Source of the DNA: Octopus sinensis
Taxonomy: Eukaryota
Assembly: GCF_006345805.1 (NCBI RefSeq)
Contig: NC_042997.1
Span: 82,274,001-82,338,000, forward strand
Reading direction: 5' to 3'
DNA: 64,000 nt
Shown: one piece after another, positions 37,561 to 51,211 of the stretch
Layout: every line of letters begins with the position of its first letter
How positions within the stretch are numbered: the stretch's first letter is position 1
The notes under the pieces: model-generated
Told to the model about the DNA's origin: nothing
What the model saw: only the letters and a program-made list of their open reading frames with translations
The model's database searches: none
Translations under genes and position numbers: made by a program

Positions 37561-38480
37561 CTAGCCTGGTCGAGGCTCACGTTATTACGTTTATGCATTT
37601 GTTTTACAAGATTCCTTTGTAAAATCGTGTGTTGAAACAGGTATTGTTATATTGCGTGATTTTTTTTTTTTTTTTTTTGTTTTTCTTGCCAAATAAAGAC
37701 ACGCACTCTATATTCGTTCTTATCACTAAGTCTCGTAGCAGTTGTTTCCCTTGTAACACTTTGGCTACCTCAAAAACTTGGTCCATCTCTAATTTAGGAC
37801 CCGGTTGCAAAAAAGAAAAAACTAGTGTAACAGGTGTAAAATAATGTGTAGTAAACGAATATGAAAAACCGCGCAGACGAACTGGGGAGTAGGAAGAGGA
37901 ATTTTCCGAGTCCTCTCTTCACCCACCTCGTTCGTCGGCGCAATTTTTTTTATTCGATTGCTACACATAATTTTATACCCATTACACTTGTTTTGTTTTT
38001 TATTTGGTGGCCGGGTGTCAAAGTTGTGCTACCAGATCATGTGAATTTTCCGAGTCCTCTCCCCACCACCCACTTTCGTTAGTGCGCATTTTTTTTATGG
38101 GGGAGGGAATACTGAAAACATCAATACATATTTTAGTAAGAAATGCTAGAAACAACAGCCAAATCTCCCTTACCTCACACACACTTTTTCCTCGCCCCCT
38201 TCCAAAACATTTTGCCTACAAATTTCGTAATCTACACCGTTTGAAAGGCATTTGTATAAAATTTCATTAAATAATACCCATTTCCCTGAAAGTTACGAAA
38301 GGGAAATGTCGAGTCGTGGGAATTTTCCAAAACTCTTCTCCCCAACCCTTCGGAATTTTTTTTTTCCACTAAATCTTTATATACACTAAATCTACCGGAT
38401 CTAAACGATTATTTGTTGAAAGTTTCGTTAAAAAGTATCCGTTTTTCTTGAAGTTATGGGCAACAAAGTCGGTGGGAGTA
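37561..38480. mobile_element. Composite non-autonomous repeat (Helitron/HINE-like, tentative)
   Basis: CTAG plus a hairpin (AGCCT-GGTCG-AGGCT) at the left end. Internal motifs such as GTGTAA..AAACGAATATGAAAAA are shared with 50790-51190. Confidence 0.35.
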
Positions 38481-39391
38481 TACATCTGTAGTTATGCCAA
38501 AACTGGAGGAACAACTGCTGTGTCAACTGGAGGAACAACTACTGTGATACATGAACAGAACCTTTTATTTAAAATTCATTTCACGTCAGCATGTCCACTA
38601 AAATTAATTAGAGTGCGTTTTGACAATTATTTAAAGGTGTTAGGTCAGTCTATCATTTGTATTTTTTCCTTTTTTAATCATAAAACCTCCTCTTTTACCC
38701 TATGAAAACACGGTCGTTTTTTAGCCTGGAAAACTACTTCTAACACTTTCAAGAAGCCCTACAAACGAAGAAACGTTCAGGGATTTATAACCATGGCAGT
38801 ACCATTGTTTAATCTCGAATACAGAGCCTGTACTACATTTAAGAAAGAGTGAGGGTGAGATAGTTTGGTATCCGCTCATAGAAAATTAATCTCTTCCTAT
38901 CCCATAAGTCATTTGTGTCACCGTACTTAATACCAGTTATTAAGTACGATGACAAAGATTGCGTAATCAATTCTGATTTTGAGTTACACAGATCTTTCAG
39001 ATATATCTGATTTATTAACAATGTCGTCAGTGGCAATTCACGACACGTTGCTTAGATACGACACACATCACATAGTAGTTGCTTGTGCAACGAATTATTT
39101 CGTTACTAAGATATTTCACTTGGGGTGAGTGACATTGTTTGTTTGTGCTTAACATTTTAATGCAGTAGGCTTAACATTGTAATGCATGATGATATGTAAA
39201 CAATACTAAGGTAACGAGATCTGTGAAAATAATTAGGATTTGGCTAATCTAAAATTAATAGGCGCAGTACGGCCGAATGGTTAAATTCCCTGGTTTTATC
39301 CATTTTGATCAAAAGTCATTTCCTATAAAATAGAAAATTTCTATTTGCAAATCTCTCAACGAGAGATATTCTATAACAGTACTCTAGAGTA

Positions 39392-39628
39392 AAGATTATT
39401 TGCCAACATAACGTGGCAGTCTTGGTTTAGGACGAATGTTGCTGTTATTTAGCCCCAGGAAACATCGGCTCCAGCTGGCTGAGTGGGGATGCTAAACTCC
39501 CTTGTTCAAAAATATAAGGATACATATATTGTGTCGTATAGCCAGCTGGAGATGATGTTTCCTGGGGTTAGATAACAGTAACATTCGTCCAAAAACAGGA
39601 CTGCCACATTGTGTTGACAAATAATCTT
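39392..39628. mobile_element. MITE with about 95-bp imperfect TIRs
   Basis: AAGATTATTTGCCAAC...CCAGCTGGCT is mirrored by AGCCAGCTGG...GTTGACAAATAATCTT. Confidence 0.75.
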
Positions 39629-40056
39629 ATTTCCTAAAGTTTTTTCCAAAGATTGTGAGTAAAAATGGGTCATAGAAACTGTAGAGAAGCCCATCGGATG
39701 AACTGTACCTTAAAGAGATAGGCTTATCCCATACTGTATCTGCTTGAGAAATTGTTAAGGGTACTCATATGCAAGGGCCTGGCAAGGGGTTCACTTGCAC
39801 CCTCTAAAACTTTGTGGGGTGAAAACTTTAATATTGCAGGCTTAGAAAACAGTGTTTAAAGATTGAGCTGTAAAAAGTTAGCTGAAGTTAGGTTTCTTCA
39901 CAAAATATGAACAAAGAACTAAAATAAATAAAAAGAAAATCCGCCCCAAATCCTTAGAAAGATATATTAGTGAACATACTCAACATTAGAATTAAAATTA
40001 TATTTATATTATATATGTGTGTGTATATATATATATATGTATACACATATGTACGT

Positions 40057-40088
<32 letters not shown>

Positions 40089-40486
40089 TATTATTATCTA
40101 TAATATAAATTGGACATGGGCAAGCATTGTATTCTTTCTTGTCTTGAGATTCACAGCCAAATGGCTGGGTGGATTCATGTGAAAACTGGCACACATGTGG
40201 AGACAGGTGCATAGATTGAAATGCAGTTTGTATTTTTTCCTAGCCCTCATACTTACCGAGAAAATCGATTAAAACTTTTCTAATGGAATTTCCCCGCCAA
40301 CATACATAACCTCTCTCTCCTTTTCTCTGTCACTCGCTCACACATTCTCTCACTACAAGTGAATAACAAAATTTCAGTTAACTCTCTCACCCATATCGCA
40401 CACCCCATCAAACATATACACACATACACACATGCGCTCTCTCTCTCTCACACACACACACACGCTCTCTCTCACACACATGCTCG

Positions 40487-40554
<68 letters not shown>

Positions 40555-41959
40555 TGCACATCAATTCCGCTTCATGCCAACTTCAATGGAACTTCACTCG
40601 TACAATCACACTCTATCAGTCTCTTTTGCTTTCACGATGACTTTAAAAGATCCCCTTTCCACCCCTCTAGGGATAAACACAAACCACCTCATGCTGACTG
40701 CAAAAATCCCGCCAAATTAGCCAGAAAAATACACACACATACATACGTCCATTTCATATATCTTCTTTCAATTTCTACTCTATGATTACACAGGCAACCA
40801 ATACAATAGCTCTCAGTTACATTTTGTCCTCTAAAAAGGTATGTATCAATTTTTTCGATAAGCGTATAATAATAACTTCATCCATACTTCTCAACTTACC
40901 TTTTATCTTCACTTTTCTTAAATTGGATACGTCTGCTATTAAGTTGCAGAACTTTGGCAGTACAGTTAAAAATCATTTCTGCTTTACTTCTTACATACAA
41001 TTTCCCCGTAAATTCTTACAGTTTCATTTTTTGGTGATGACTGAAATGTCAAACATTTTCTAACTGTTAAAGCAATTCTAAATGTCAACTTCTTAATGCC
41101 TTTTCTATTTTTTCCTAGCACCCATACTTACCAAGAAAATCAATTAAAGCTTCTTCCCTTCTTTGTTCCTCCATTAAAACAACCAGTTGCTCACACAGCC
41201 GCCATATACCATTCCGCTAGCAACAAGGGGACTACAGGATGACAGTCAGCCAAAACTTCCCCTATGCTGTCTCTCTTCTTTCACCTCTTTGTGGGGCTAA
41301 TTATCTTCATCTTTAGTTACAGTTTCCCATTCAAGCTACATAATACACAGTATTGTCGGATTAATACAGTAGGGTGTTTTGAGGGAGATTTGGCTTCTAT
41401 TTCTACCAGGTCTACCTACCATGTAAGACATCTGAACTTCATTTTCATTCACAGATTTGCATTTCAAAAATTTCACATAATCTTTTGCATAAATCAACTA
41501 TCGTAAACATTTTCTACCATGACCTCACATTTTCTATGTATGTGTGTGTACCTTAAAGGATGTGATTAGACAGTGGTCCAATAGAATTGAATGGACTGGC
41601 CATTGCAAGTATTTGATTCCATGAGATAGAAAAATACTAATTTGTAACAGAACCAAGCCAACAAAACAACTAAAAAACCAAACTCTCAACAGATGAGATT
41701 GAGAGAACAAAAAAGAACATTGAACTGGACCTAAAACTACCGCATGAAAAAGAAACTTCACTAAAGAAACATGGAGCAATGTAAAATATAAAATCTATTT
41801 TCAAGTTTTTTTTCCACTTCGCTAAACAAAAATCAGCTACGCGTAACGAGATTGCTCTCTACTGGATAAAAATGGATCATATTACAAATGATTCATCACA
41901 AATATGCATTCTTGAGTTGACATTATGACAGTGCATTTTCCCAACCTATAGTTAACAAA

Positions 41960-42512
41960 ATAATATATAGACTAAATGAATTCTTTGACCCCCAGAACTC
42001 ACCTGCGGAGACACATCTAAAAATTAATGATATGATGGAAGATGATATACTTACGGCTAATGACCTAGATTGAAACTCAGCATCTGGACCAGAGGGTCTC
42101 CCAGCCATACCGCTAAAAATGTGCAAATGCAGTCTCATGAAACCATTAAAGATACTATTTCAAAAGTCACTAGATACTGGAAAATTCCCACAATAGTAAC
42201 ACCTATACACAAAGAAGAGTAGCAGGGCTGAAGCTAAAAATTACAGTCTTGTGTCTCTCATATTTCACACATATAAAATTATCAAACACATTGTCTGAAA
42301 TAGAATCTACATGCTGTATGTCTTCTTGTAGATGACATACAGCATGGTTTTTAAACTGGATGAAGTTGTCTTTCACAACTATTACAGCACCATGACACTA
42401 TTCTTAATAATCTCTTGAGAGGAAAGGACACTGACTGTATATACTTTGATTTTGCTAAAGCGTGTGACAAGATTGTTCATGGAATCATCTGTCATAAGTT
42501 AAGGGATCTTGG
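41960..42512 (+). mobile_element. CR1-clade LINE RT fragment
   Basis: Motifs SASGPEGLPA, QHGF, SCLSQLLQHHD and CIYFDFAKACDKIVHGIICHKL. Confidence 0.75.
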
Positions 42513-42574
42513 TAAAACAGCAACCTGGTTCCCTCCTCATTGTGGGAACCTATTTCTTTACTGTCCACAAGGGG

Positions 42575-42783
42575 CTACACACAGAGGGGACAAACAAGGA
42601 CAGACAAACGGATTAAGTCGATTATATCGACCCCAGTGTGTAACTGGTACTTATTTAATCGACCCCGAAAGGATGAAAGGCAAAGTTGACCTCGGCGGAA
42701 TTTGAACTCAGAATGTAGCGGCAAATGAAATACCACTAAGCATTTCCCTCAGCATGCTAATGCTTCTGCCAGCTCGCTGCCTA
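42575..42783 (-). mobile_element. SINE (GCCTTTCATCC...GGGGTCGAT core family)
   Basis: Minus strand reads GGCAGCGAGCTGGCAGAA...GTTCAAATTCCGCCGAGGTCAACTTTGCCTTTCATCCTTTCGGGGTCG. Confidence 0.75.
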
Positions 42784-42784
42784 A

Positions 42785-43330
42785 ACCATAGCCTCCATGT
42801 ACACCATGGAAGACCCCTGCATGTTGTTCAACATGTCCATTGAAGTCACCAGCCACAAAGGAGGTCACTGTCATTCGTCAATGAGGTAGTCTGCAAGAGG
42901 ATGTCATAAAATCAATCTTTCGGTCCATCAGGTAGCCCCAGCTGAGGGGCATAGGCCAAGATAATGGTTGCTAACCCATGATGTAGCACTAATCTAATCT
43001 TAAGTATTCTATCGCATACTCTGACTACCTTGATTACTTTATCAACCCATTTCTCCGCAAGAAGTATACCCACGCCCCCAACCCCATCAGTGTTCCCTGC
43101 CCAGAAAATCTTGTATCTGTGTTCTTTGCCTGTGAGGAACTTAGTGAAACCTCCTCTCTACCTTACTTCTTGGAGGCAGCACAAATCTACACGTCTCCAT
43201 TCAAGCATCTCAACAATCTCACCAGACCTACCATTCAGTGTGCCCACATTGAGTGTGCCAACTCTGAGGGTGTGGGAGGTGTGGGCCTGTGAGACCCTGG
43301 GATGTGGGACAGCAGTGTCATGTACATGAA
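42785..43330 (-). mobile_element. RTE-clade LINE 5' fragment (AP endonuclease)
   Basis: Motifs LRVGTLNVGTLNGRSGEIVEMLEWRRVDLCCLQEVR, AYAPQ and VAGDFNGHVE. Confidence 0.8.
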
Positions 43331-44149
43331 AAGAAAGCTCGCATTTAGCAGAATTCATAAACAAACAATAAATAATCAATAGCCTTCAACCTGCATACAC
43401 TACACCATCATTTTTATGCACTATATGATGACTACATTACATAGGAAATAAGCCTTAAGTAGGTGTGAGGATGGTGTTAAGCCTTTAGAAGTGTTCATGG
43501 GAGACAACCAAAGGATGACAGAGGATAGGGACTTCTGGTACAGGTGGAGGGGGCGGGCATACCACGAGATAGCAAAATTAGACGAGAGCATCTTCAAAAA
43601 AGTTTGAATCTGAATTTGCACCCCTTGAGCAAATTTCACTCCCAGGCTACTGCTCATATCTGTAAATTACTCTGCCACTATCAGGAACAGATAATTCAGT
43701 TGTTCAAACAACAAAATCTCAATCGTTGAATGATGAAGATTCATCACCAGTGTTAGTGGAAATGCTGCACGGTGTTAGTGGAGATGCATGACCTAGTGGT
43801 TAGAGTTTTTAGCTCACAATAACATCGATTCTTTTACTGGACAGTGAGTTGTGTCATTGACCAAAGCATACTCTTTCAGAGTACTTCAGTTAGTGAACTT
43901 CTGGAATTGCTATCACCACTTTGTGGTAAACAAAAAGAGCAAAAATAAAGAGAAAATTGAGATTTTGGAGAAAAAATTTTCAGAATCATAATGTATATCT
44001 ATTTGGCAGATATACTGCATGAACAGTTGAAGTATCGAGCAAACAGAGGAACAAGATCGGATTCTGAAGATGACTCAAGAGTTCTTTAGCTGCAGCAATT
44101 TTTCATCCATTTCTTGGTCCACAGCAATTTTTTCCACATATAGTTGGGG

Positions 44150-44462
44150 TAGAGTGTCAGCTACACAATAATTAGAGCCCTTGGTATAATGAATACCAGC
44201 AGTAAACTAAAACAAAATCAAGGTACATTATCTGATACATTGGCGAAAACAAATAATTCCCCCTGCCAATGTGCAAGAATCCACAGTCAACATATCCGAC
44301 AAGAAGAATTATGCAAGATTCCATTAAGTAAGCATCTGGAAATATGCGGCGACAGAAAATTCAAGATTTTTCTCTTTTACAAATGTGCACGGGACGATTA
44401 ACAATACCGAAAAGCAATGAAACTACACTTCATCAAAAAATTCTCTCCGAAGTTGAATGTTA
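44150..44462 (+). mobile_element. Penelope-like element GIY-YIG C-terminal relic
   Basis: YIGE.....ARIHSQHIRQEELCKIPLSKHLEICGDRKFKIF...HFIKKFSPKLN. The terminal motif is echoed at about 44585 and 44765. Confidence 0.6.
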
Positions 44463-45407
44463 GAAAGAAAAGCAGAGAGAGTACGTTTTGTAAGTGTTAT
44501 ACTAATGTTCTCTAATGCAAAATCATGGAATTGATTGAAATTACACAGTATAAACATGAACATATTCCCAACCACACACACACACTTCATCAAGGAATCC
44601 TCCCTAAAATTGAATGTTTGAATGTAAAGTGGAGAATTTAAATTCTCTATTCCAAATGTGGCTCATCTCTACAAATGTTCAGATATATATGTGTGTAGCA
44701 CTGGGATGTTCTAGCTTTACATACATATATGTATGTGTGTGTGTCTAATGTATTTTCATGCAGAACTACACTTTATCAAAAAATTCCCTCCTAAAATGAA
44801 TGTTTGGAAGGGGTATATTCTAAATATAACTCAAAGAGGAGAAAAAGAATGAAAAGAAGGGAAAAGAAAGAAGGGAAAAAGAAAAAAAGAAGAGAGACAG
44901 AAAGACTGTCAGTGATGACCAAACCACACCTGTTTTTTTCTTTTTAAGTGGTCACCATTCTTAAACCCATTCCAATACAATGGTAAAGAAAAAAATGAAT
45001 GAATGGTGAATAGAAGGTGGATACCCCTTCCTCTCTCTCTTTCCCTCTACCCATCTGTCTATCTATCTGTTTGTCTGTCTGTCTGTCTATCCATCCATCC
45101 ATCAATCTATCAGCCTATCTACCTACCTATATTTCTATCTATTGATCTCCATTGTCTTGGAACCTCACCAAAAAAAAACAAAAACAATGTTCTCTTCTAA
45201 GCAAAACCCAAAAAAAACATCTGTTTTATATAAATAAACAAGCTGTTTGTACATTCAGAAAATTGCATTTGATAAGTTCTAGAAAGGAATGAAAGCAGTA
45301 ATAACAATGAAGAACTAAAAGGATTTTTTCCTAAAATTCTGACTTTTTTTCCTTAATATTCAATTCTGTACCTCACACCTGACATACAATATATATATAT
45401 ATATATA

Positions 45408-46845
45408 TCATCATCATCATCATCATTTAGCGTCCGTTCTCCATGCTAGCATGGGTTGGACGGGTCAACTGGGGTCTGTGAAGCTGGAAGGCTTCATCAG
45501 GCCCAGTCAGATCTGGCAGTGTTTCTATGGCTGGATGCCCTTCCTAACGCCAACCACTCCGTGAGTGTAGTGGGTGCTTTTTACGTGCCACCCGCACAGG
45601 TGCCAGACAGAGCTGGCAAACGGCCACACGCGGATGGTGCTTTTACGTGTCACTGGCACGGGGCCAGGCGAGGCTGGCACGGACACGAATGGATGGTGCT
45701 TTTACGTGCCACCGACACGGGGGCCAGACAGGGCTGGCAAACAGCCAAGAACGGATGGTGTTTCACGTGTCACCTGCATGGGGGCCCTGATGTTGATCGA
45801 CCTCAATTTGGTTTGATTTTGATTTTGACTGTTCTCACTGGTCTTGCCGGGTTTTCTCACGCACAGCATACTTCCAAAGGTCTTGGTCACTGGTCATTTC
45901 CTTGGTGAGACCTAAAGTTCGAAGGTCGTGCTTCACCACCTCGACCCAGGTTTTCCTGGGTCTACCTCTTCCACAGGTCCCCTCAACTGCCAGGGTGTGG
46001 CACTTTCGCACACAACTATCTTCAGCCATTCTCATCACATGACCATACCAGCGCAAACGTCTCTCTTGCACACAACTGATGCTTCTTAGGTTCAACTTTT
46101 CTCTCAAGGTACTTACACTCTGTCGATTATGAACACTGACGTTACACATCCATCGGAGCATACTAGCTTCATTTCTTGCGAGCTTACGCAAATCCTCAGC
46201 AGTCACAGCCCAAGTTTCACTACCATGTAGCATGGCTGTACGTACACATGCATCATACAGTCTGCCTTTTACTTTGAGCGAGAGGCCTTTTGTCACCAGC
46301 AGGGGTAAGAGCTCTCTAAACATTGCCCAGGCTATTCTTACTCTAGCAGTTATACTTTCAGCACACCTGCCCCCGCTACTGACTTGGTCACCTAGGTAAC
46401 GTAAACTATCAACTACTTCTAGTTTTTCTCCCTGGAAAGTGACGGAAGTTGGTCTCAGAGTATTTTCAGTGTTTATTGTTCCTGAGCATCTGCCACATAC
46501 AAAAACCATCTTCCTAGCTAGCCTTCCTTTGACATTGCTGCACCTCTTATGTGTCCATAGCTTACACTTGGTGCATCTTATAGAGTTTCTACCTACACCT
46601 TTTCTACAGATCGAGCAGGGCCATCTACCTGAAGGCGTTTGTGATTGGTCTACCTTCCTACTTATTAGGACTTTGGTTTTGGCTAGGTTGATTCTAAGGC
46701 CCTTTGATTCTAAACCTTGCTTCCATACCTGAAACTTCTCCTCTAGTTCTGATAGAGACTCAGCAATTAGAGCAAGGTCATCAGCATAGAGGAGCTCCCA
46801 GGGGCATCCTGTCTTGAATTCCTCCATTATTGCCTGGAGGACTAT
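45408..46845 (-). mobile_element. RTE-clade LINE, 5'-truncated, with 3' UTR and (GAT)n tail
   Basis: Motifs [12 protein letters not shown]-like Cys cluster, [21 protein letters not shown] and GRGRPRKTW. Stop at 45835; UTR carries about 60-bp repeats; tail at 45408-45425. Confidence 0.92.
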
Positions 46846-46962
46846 ATATATATACACATATATATATATATATATATATACATATATACATATATATATA
46901 TACATATATATATATACATATATATATATACATATATATATATACAATATATATATACATAT

Positions 46963-47005
<43 letters not shown>

Positions 47006-47017
47006 ATATATATAATT

Positions 47018-47051
<34 letters not shown>

Positions 47052-47061
47052 ATATTACATA

Positions 47062-47101
<40 letters not shown>

Positions 47102-47144
47102 ATATATATACATATATATATATTACATATACATATATATACAT

Positions 47145-47218
<74 letters not shown>

Positions 47219-47301
47219 CATATATATATATATACATATACATATATATACATATATATATATATACATATACATATATATATACATATATTATATATAC
47301 A

Positions 47302-47333
<32 letters not shown>

Positions 47334-47440
47334 CATATATATATATATACATATATATATACATGCAGGTGACACGTGAAACACCATCCGTTCTTGGCTG
47401 TTTGCCAGCCCTGTATATATATATACATATATATATATAT
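46846..47440. repeat. (TA)n/(TACA)n microsatellite
   Basis: Direct reading; interrupted at 47362-47414. Confidence 0.95.
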
Positions 47441-47559
47441 ATACAAATAAGGAAAGTAATCTTATTCAAAAATACAGACCACAACTAAACATACTCTAAC
47501 ATACCCCCTGGGCACACATCCAGAGCAGGCACACAGGGGCACGCGCACACTCACAGCAT

Positions 47560-48960
47560 ATCGTGCGGGCGGGCACATGCGCGCATCGGCACGCATAGGA
47601 CACACTAGCGGGCATTGACCGCACACATACGTGGCACGCACACGCATGCATTATATATATGTAGGTTATGTATGTGTGTGGGTGTTGTGTGTGTGTGTGA
47701 GTGTGCACGTTGTGTGTGTGCGCGTGTGTATATGTATGTGTGGTGTGTGTGTGCGTGTGTGTATGTGTGTGTGTGTGCGCGCGTTTGTGTGTGTGTGTGC
47801 ACGTGTGTATATATGTGTGTGTGTGTGTGCACTGTGTGCGTGTGTGTGTGTATGTGTGTGTGTGTGAGCATTGTGTACGTGTGTATGTATTTACATGTGT
47901 ATTTGTTTTTATATATATATATATATGTGTGTGTGCTGTGTGTGTATATGCATGGTATGTGTGTATATGTGAGTACATTGTTTGTGTGTGTGTGCGGTAT
48001 GTAGAGATATATTTGAGTGTGTACGCTATAGGTTTGTATTTTGTGTGTGTGGGTGTGTGTGTGAATTTTATATATATATGTGTGTGTATGTGTGTGAAAA
48101 AATATATGTATGTGCATGTATGTATGTATGTATATGTATATATATATATATGTGTATATATATATATATGTGTGTGTGTATGTGTGTGTGTGTATATATA
48201 TTTTCATGTATATGTGTGTATAAACACGTGCATTATTTGCATGCGCATTGTGTATATGTATATTGTATGTATGTGTACTGTATATGTATGTGTACAATTA
48301 AGTGTGCTATATATACATGAATACATGTATATACGTTGCGTGTATATATATGTATGCATTGTGTATGTATGTTATGTGTGTGTGTGTCTATATATATTAT
48401 ATGTATGCGTACGTGTATGTGTATGCATTGTATGTATGTATATTGTGTGTATATGTGGTATATCTATGTATGTGTATGTAAACACTATTTATATGTATAT
48501 ATGTATATATGTATATGCATTGTCTATATATATATATATTATATGTATGTATTGCGTATGTATATTGCATGCATATATTGTGTATGTGTATTATATACAT
48601 GCTGTGTATGTGTATTGTATGTGTATATATATGCTAGGTGTATTTGTGTGATATTTATATTATGTATATATGTGTGCGTGTGTTGTGTGTGTGTGTGTGT
48701 GTGTGTTGTGTGTGTTGTGTGTGTATGTGTTATATATGTGTGTATATTATATATAAATACATGTTATATTTGTGTGCTGTGTGTATATTATATATAAATA
48801 CATGTTATATTTGTGTGCTGTGTGTATATATTATATATGTGGGTGCGTTGTGTGTGTGTGTGTTCTGTGTGTGTGTGTTGTGTGTATGTGGTGTGTGTGT
48901 GTATACTATGTGTGTGTGTGTATTGTTGTTGTGTGTGTGTGTATATATGTGTGTGACAAA
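47560..48960. repeat. Cryptic TG/TA low-complexity tract
   Basis: About 1.4 kb of degenerate dinucleotide repeats. Confidence 0.9.
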
Positions 48961-49673
48961 CAGACGCTGTCTGACCAGCAGGCACACGGACACATCTATT
49001 CACACCCGCATACTCACCTCCCAATAACCCCAAAATCACTGATGCTTGAAGGGGAAGTATAAACCAAATTGGGTACATATCTTTTTTTCTCTCAATCCAA
49101 CTTTTCTGCTAAAACAAACAGGTCAGTAAAAAACAAATTCTCGCCTTCGATTCAAAATATTCTGAGATGTCTAAAATATCCATTTTAATTTTCTCTGTCA
49201 ATATTACAAGCTTTCTCACCAAACTATTACACTTCCTTATGTCTTTAACATGTCATTTCTACCAAAGACTGTATATATATACATGTAATGTGACAATTTG
49301 CGACAACCAATAATTAACGCAACCAAATTTCCAATAATATATTTGTTTTATTCTTTTCTGCCAATTTTTCCAAATATTCTCATCATACTATTGAACTTTT
49401 TTATACTATATTTATACATGTAATGTGACAATTATGTATAAAAAAACATTTTTGAATTCATAATATTCAATGTGACAATTATGTAAAAAACTTTTTTTGA
49501 ACCCATAATATTCAATGTTACTTTTGACAATCTTTTACCAAAGAGTGAAACCGGTTAAGTAAATAAACATCGTTTAAATTGCATTTTCAAACCTTTTTTC
49601 ATATATAATCCCACTCGTGCGATACCCCACAACTCAACTTTTTTATATATATACATATATATATACATATATA

Positions 49674-50586
49674 TCTTCTACCAAGAAATCTAATGCTTAC
49701 AGCTTAGTTTTTTTTCTTGGGGCTGGCCGAGTTGGAGCAAATATCAGAATTGAACAGCCGAAATTTGCTATCATGATTCGGTGTCTGACTGAAGATTGAA
49801 GGCTTCGAATGATTTGTCTGTGTTCCGTGTTCGTCCCTTCCTGTATTTCACGTTCATTATATATAAAAACATTAATTCTTATATTATTGCGGCGTTACGT
49901 GCACCCCCCCGTTTGTTTGTCCAATTTTAAACCCTGCACGACTTCTATACACACTGTCTTTTACTACCCGCCATTGCTTCTTCACCAAACTTTTTGGCGC
50001 CCTCCGATTCTTCCCCTCTCTTCCTCCCATCCTCCTTCCCTCTTCCTCCCATCCTCCTTAATCCCTTTCTCCTTCTCTCTTGGTCACTGATTCTGTCCCC
50101 TGCCTTCCACCCTCTTTGATTCCCTCTCTCTCTCTCTCCTGCGACCTGCTGCTTCTTCAACCATTCTGTTGGCCTTCGTATCTCGACCAACATGTGTCCC
50201 CGCTACCGAAACGGTAATTATTTCTACGCCAGCTGCTATGTTGTTGTTGTTTTGTCTCATTTGGTCTAAAGTCGTATGACAACCACCGTTAATATATATT
50301 TTGTTTTTTCATTACTGTTTTCAATTTCGTTTTCGTCTCTTGTATTCACATCCGTCTTGTGCGTTCACATTCCTGTCTTCTACCAAGAAATCTAATGCTT
50401 ACAGCTTAGTTTTTTTTCTTGGGGCTGGCCGAGTTGGAGCAAATATCAGAATTGAACAGCCGAAATTTGCTATGATGATTCGGTGTCTGACTGAAGATTG
50501 AAGGCTTCGAATGATTTGTCTGTGTTCCGTGTTCGTCCCTTCCTGTATTTCACGTTCATTATATATAAAAACATTCATTCTTATAT
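49674..50586. mobile_element. Element bounded by 211-bp direct repeats (pLTR/TRIM-like), no ORF recognised
   Basis: 49674-49884 and 50376-50586 differ at 2 positions. The ends are not TG...CA and the element is flanked by (TA)n. Confidence 0.6.
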
Positions 50587-50599
50587 ATATACACATATA

Positions 50600-50631
<32 letters not shown>

Positions 50632-50680
50632 CATATATATATATAACATATATATATATACATAATATATATATATACAT

Positions 50681-50716
<36 letters not shown>

Positions 50717-50717
50717 A

Positions 50718-50754
<37 letters not shown>

Positions 50755-51211
50755 TATATACATATATATATTATATATATAAAACTGGGTTAATATAGGG
50801 CGTAACAAATATCAGAAAATCAAAAAAAAAATGTGTGTAATAGGTGTAAAACAACTTCCTATGAACGAATATGAAAAAAAAAATTCGCGCACGCGAAAGG
50901 GGGTGGGGGAGAGGCCTCGGAAAATTCACATCGGGAAGTTCCGAAAGCGTCTGAGGAGCTGACCCGGCACCAAAACAAAAAAAAATAGTGTAATATGTGT
51001 AAAACAACTTGCTCTAAACGAATATGACAAAAAAAAATGCGCTCTCGCGAAAGAGGGGTGGGGGAGAGGCCTCGGAATATTTATATCGGGAATTTCCGAA
51101 AGCGTCTGAACCGGGCACAAAAACAAAAACAAAAACAGCGTAATAGGTGTAAAACAACTTGCTCTAAACGACTATCATGAAAAAAAGGTTAATATAGGGC
51201 GTAACAAATAT

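Noticed and set aside
40900-41040. Minus-strand exon candidate (TTTCAG acceptor, AG|GTAAGT donor, 141 nt)
   Set aside because: All three frames from that acceptor contain stops and no partner exons were found. It could only be non-coding.
45835-47484. 549-aa ORF
   Set aside because: It is a chimera of (TA)n-derived IYIY runs and a 5'-truncated RTE RT, not a gene.
47496-49078. Many Cys/Val/Tyr- or His/Thr-rich ORFs
   Set aside because: They are translations of a TG/TA low-complexity tract.
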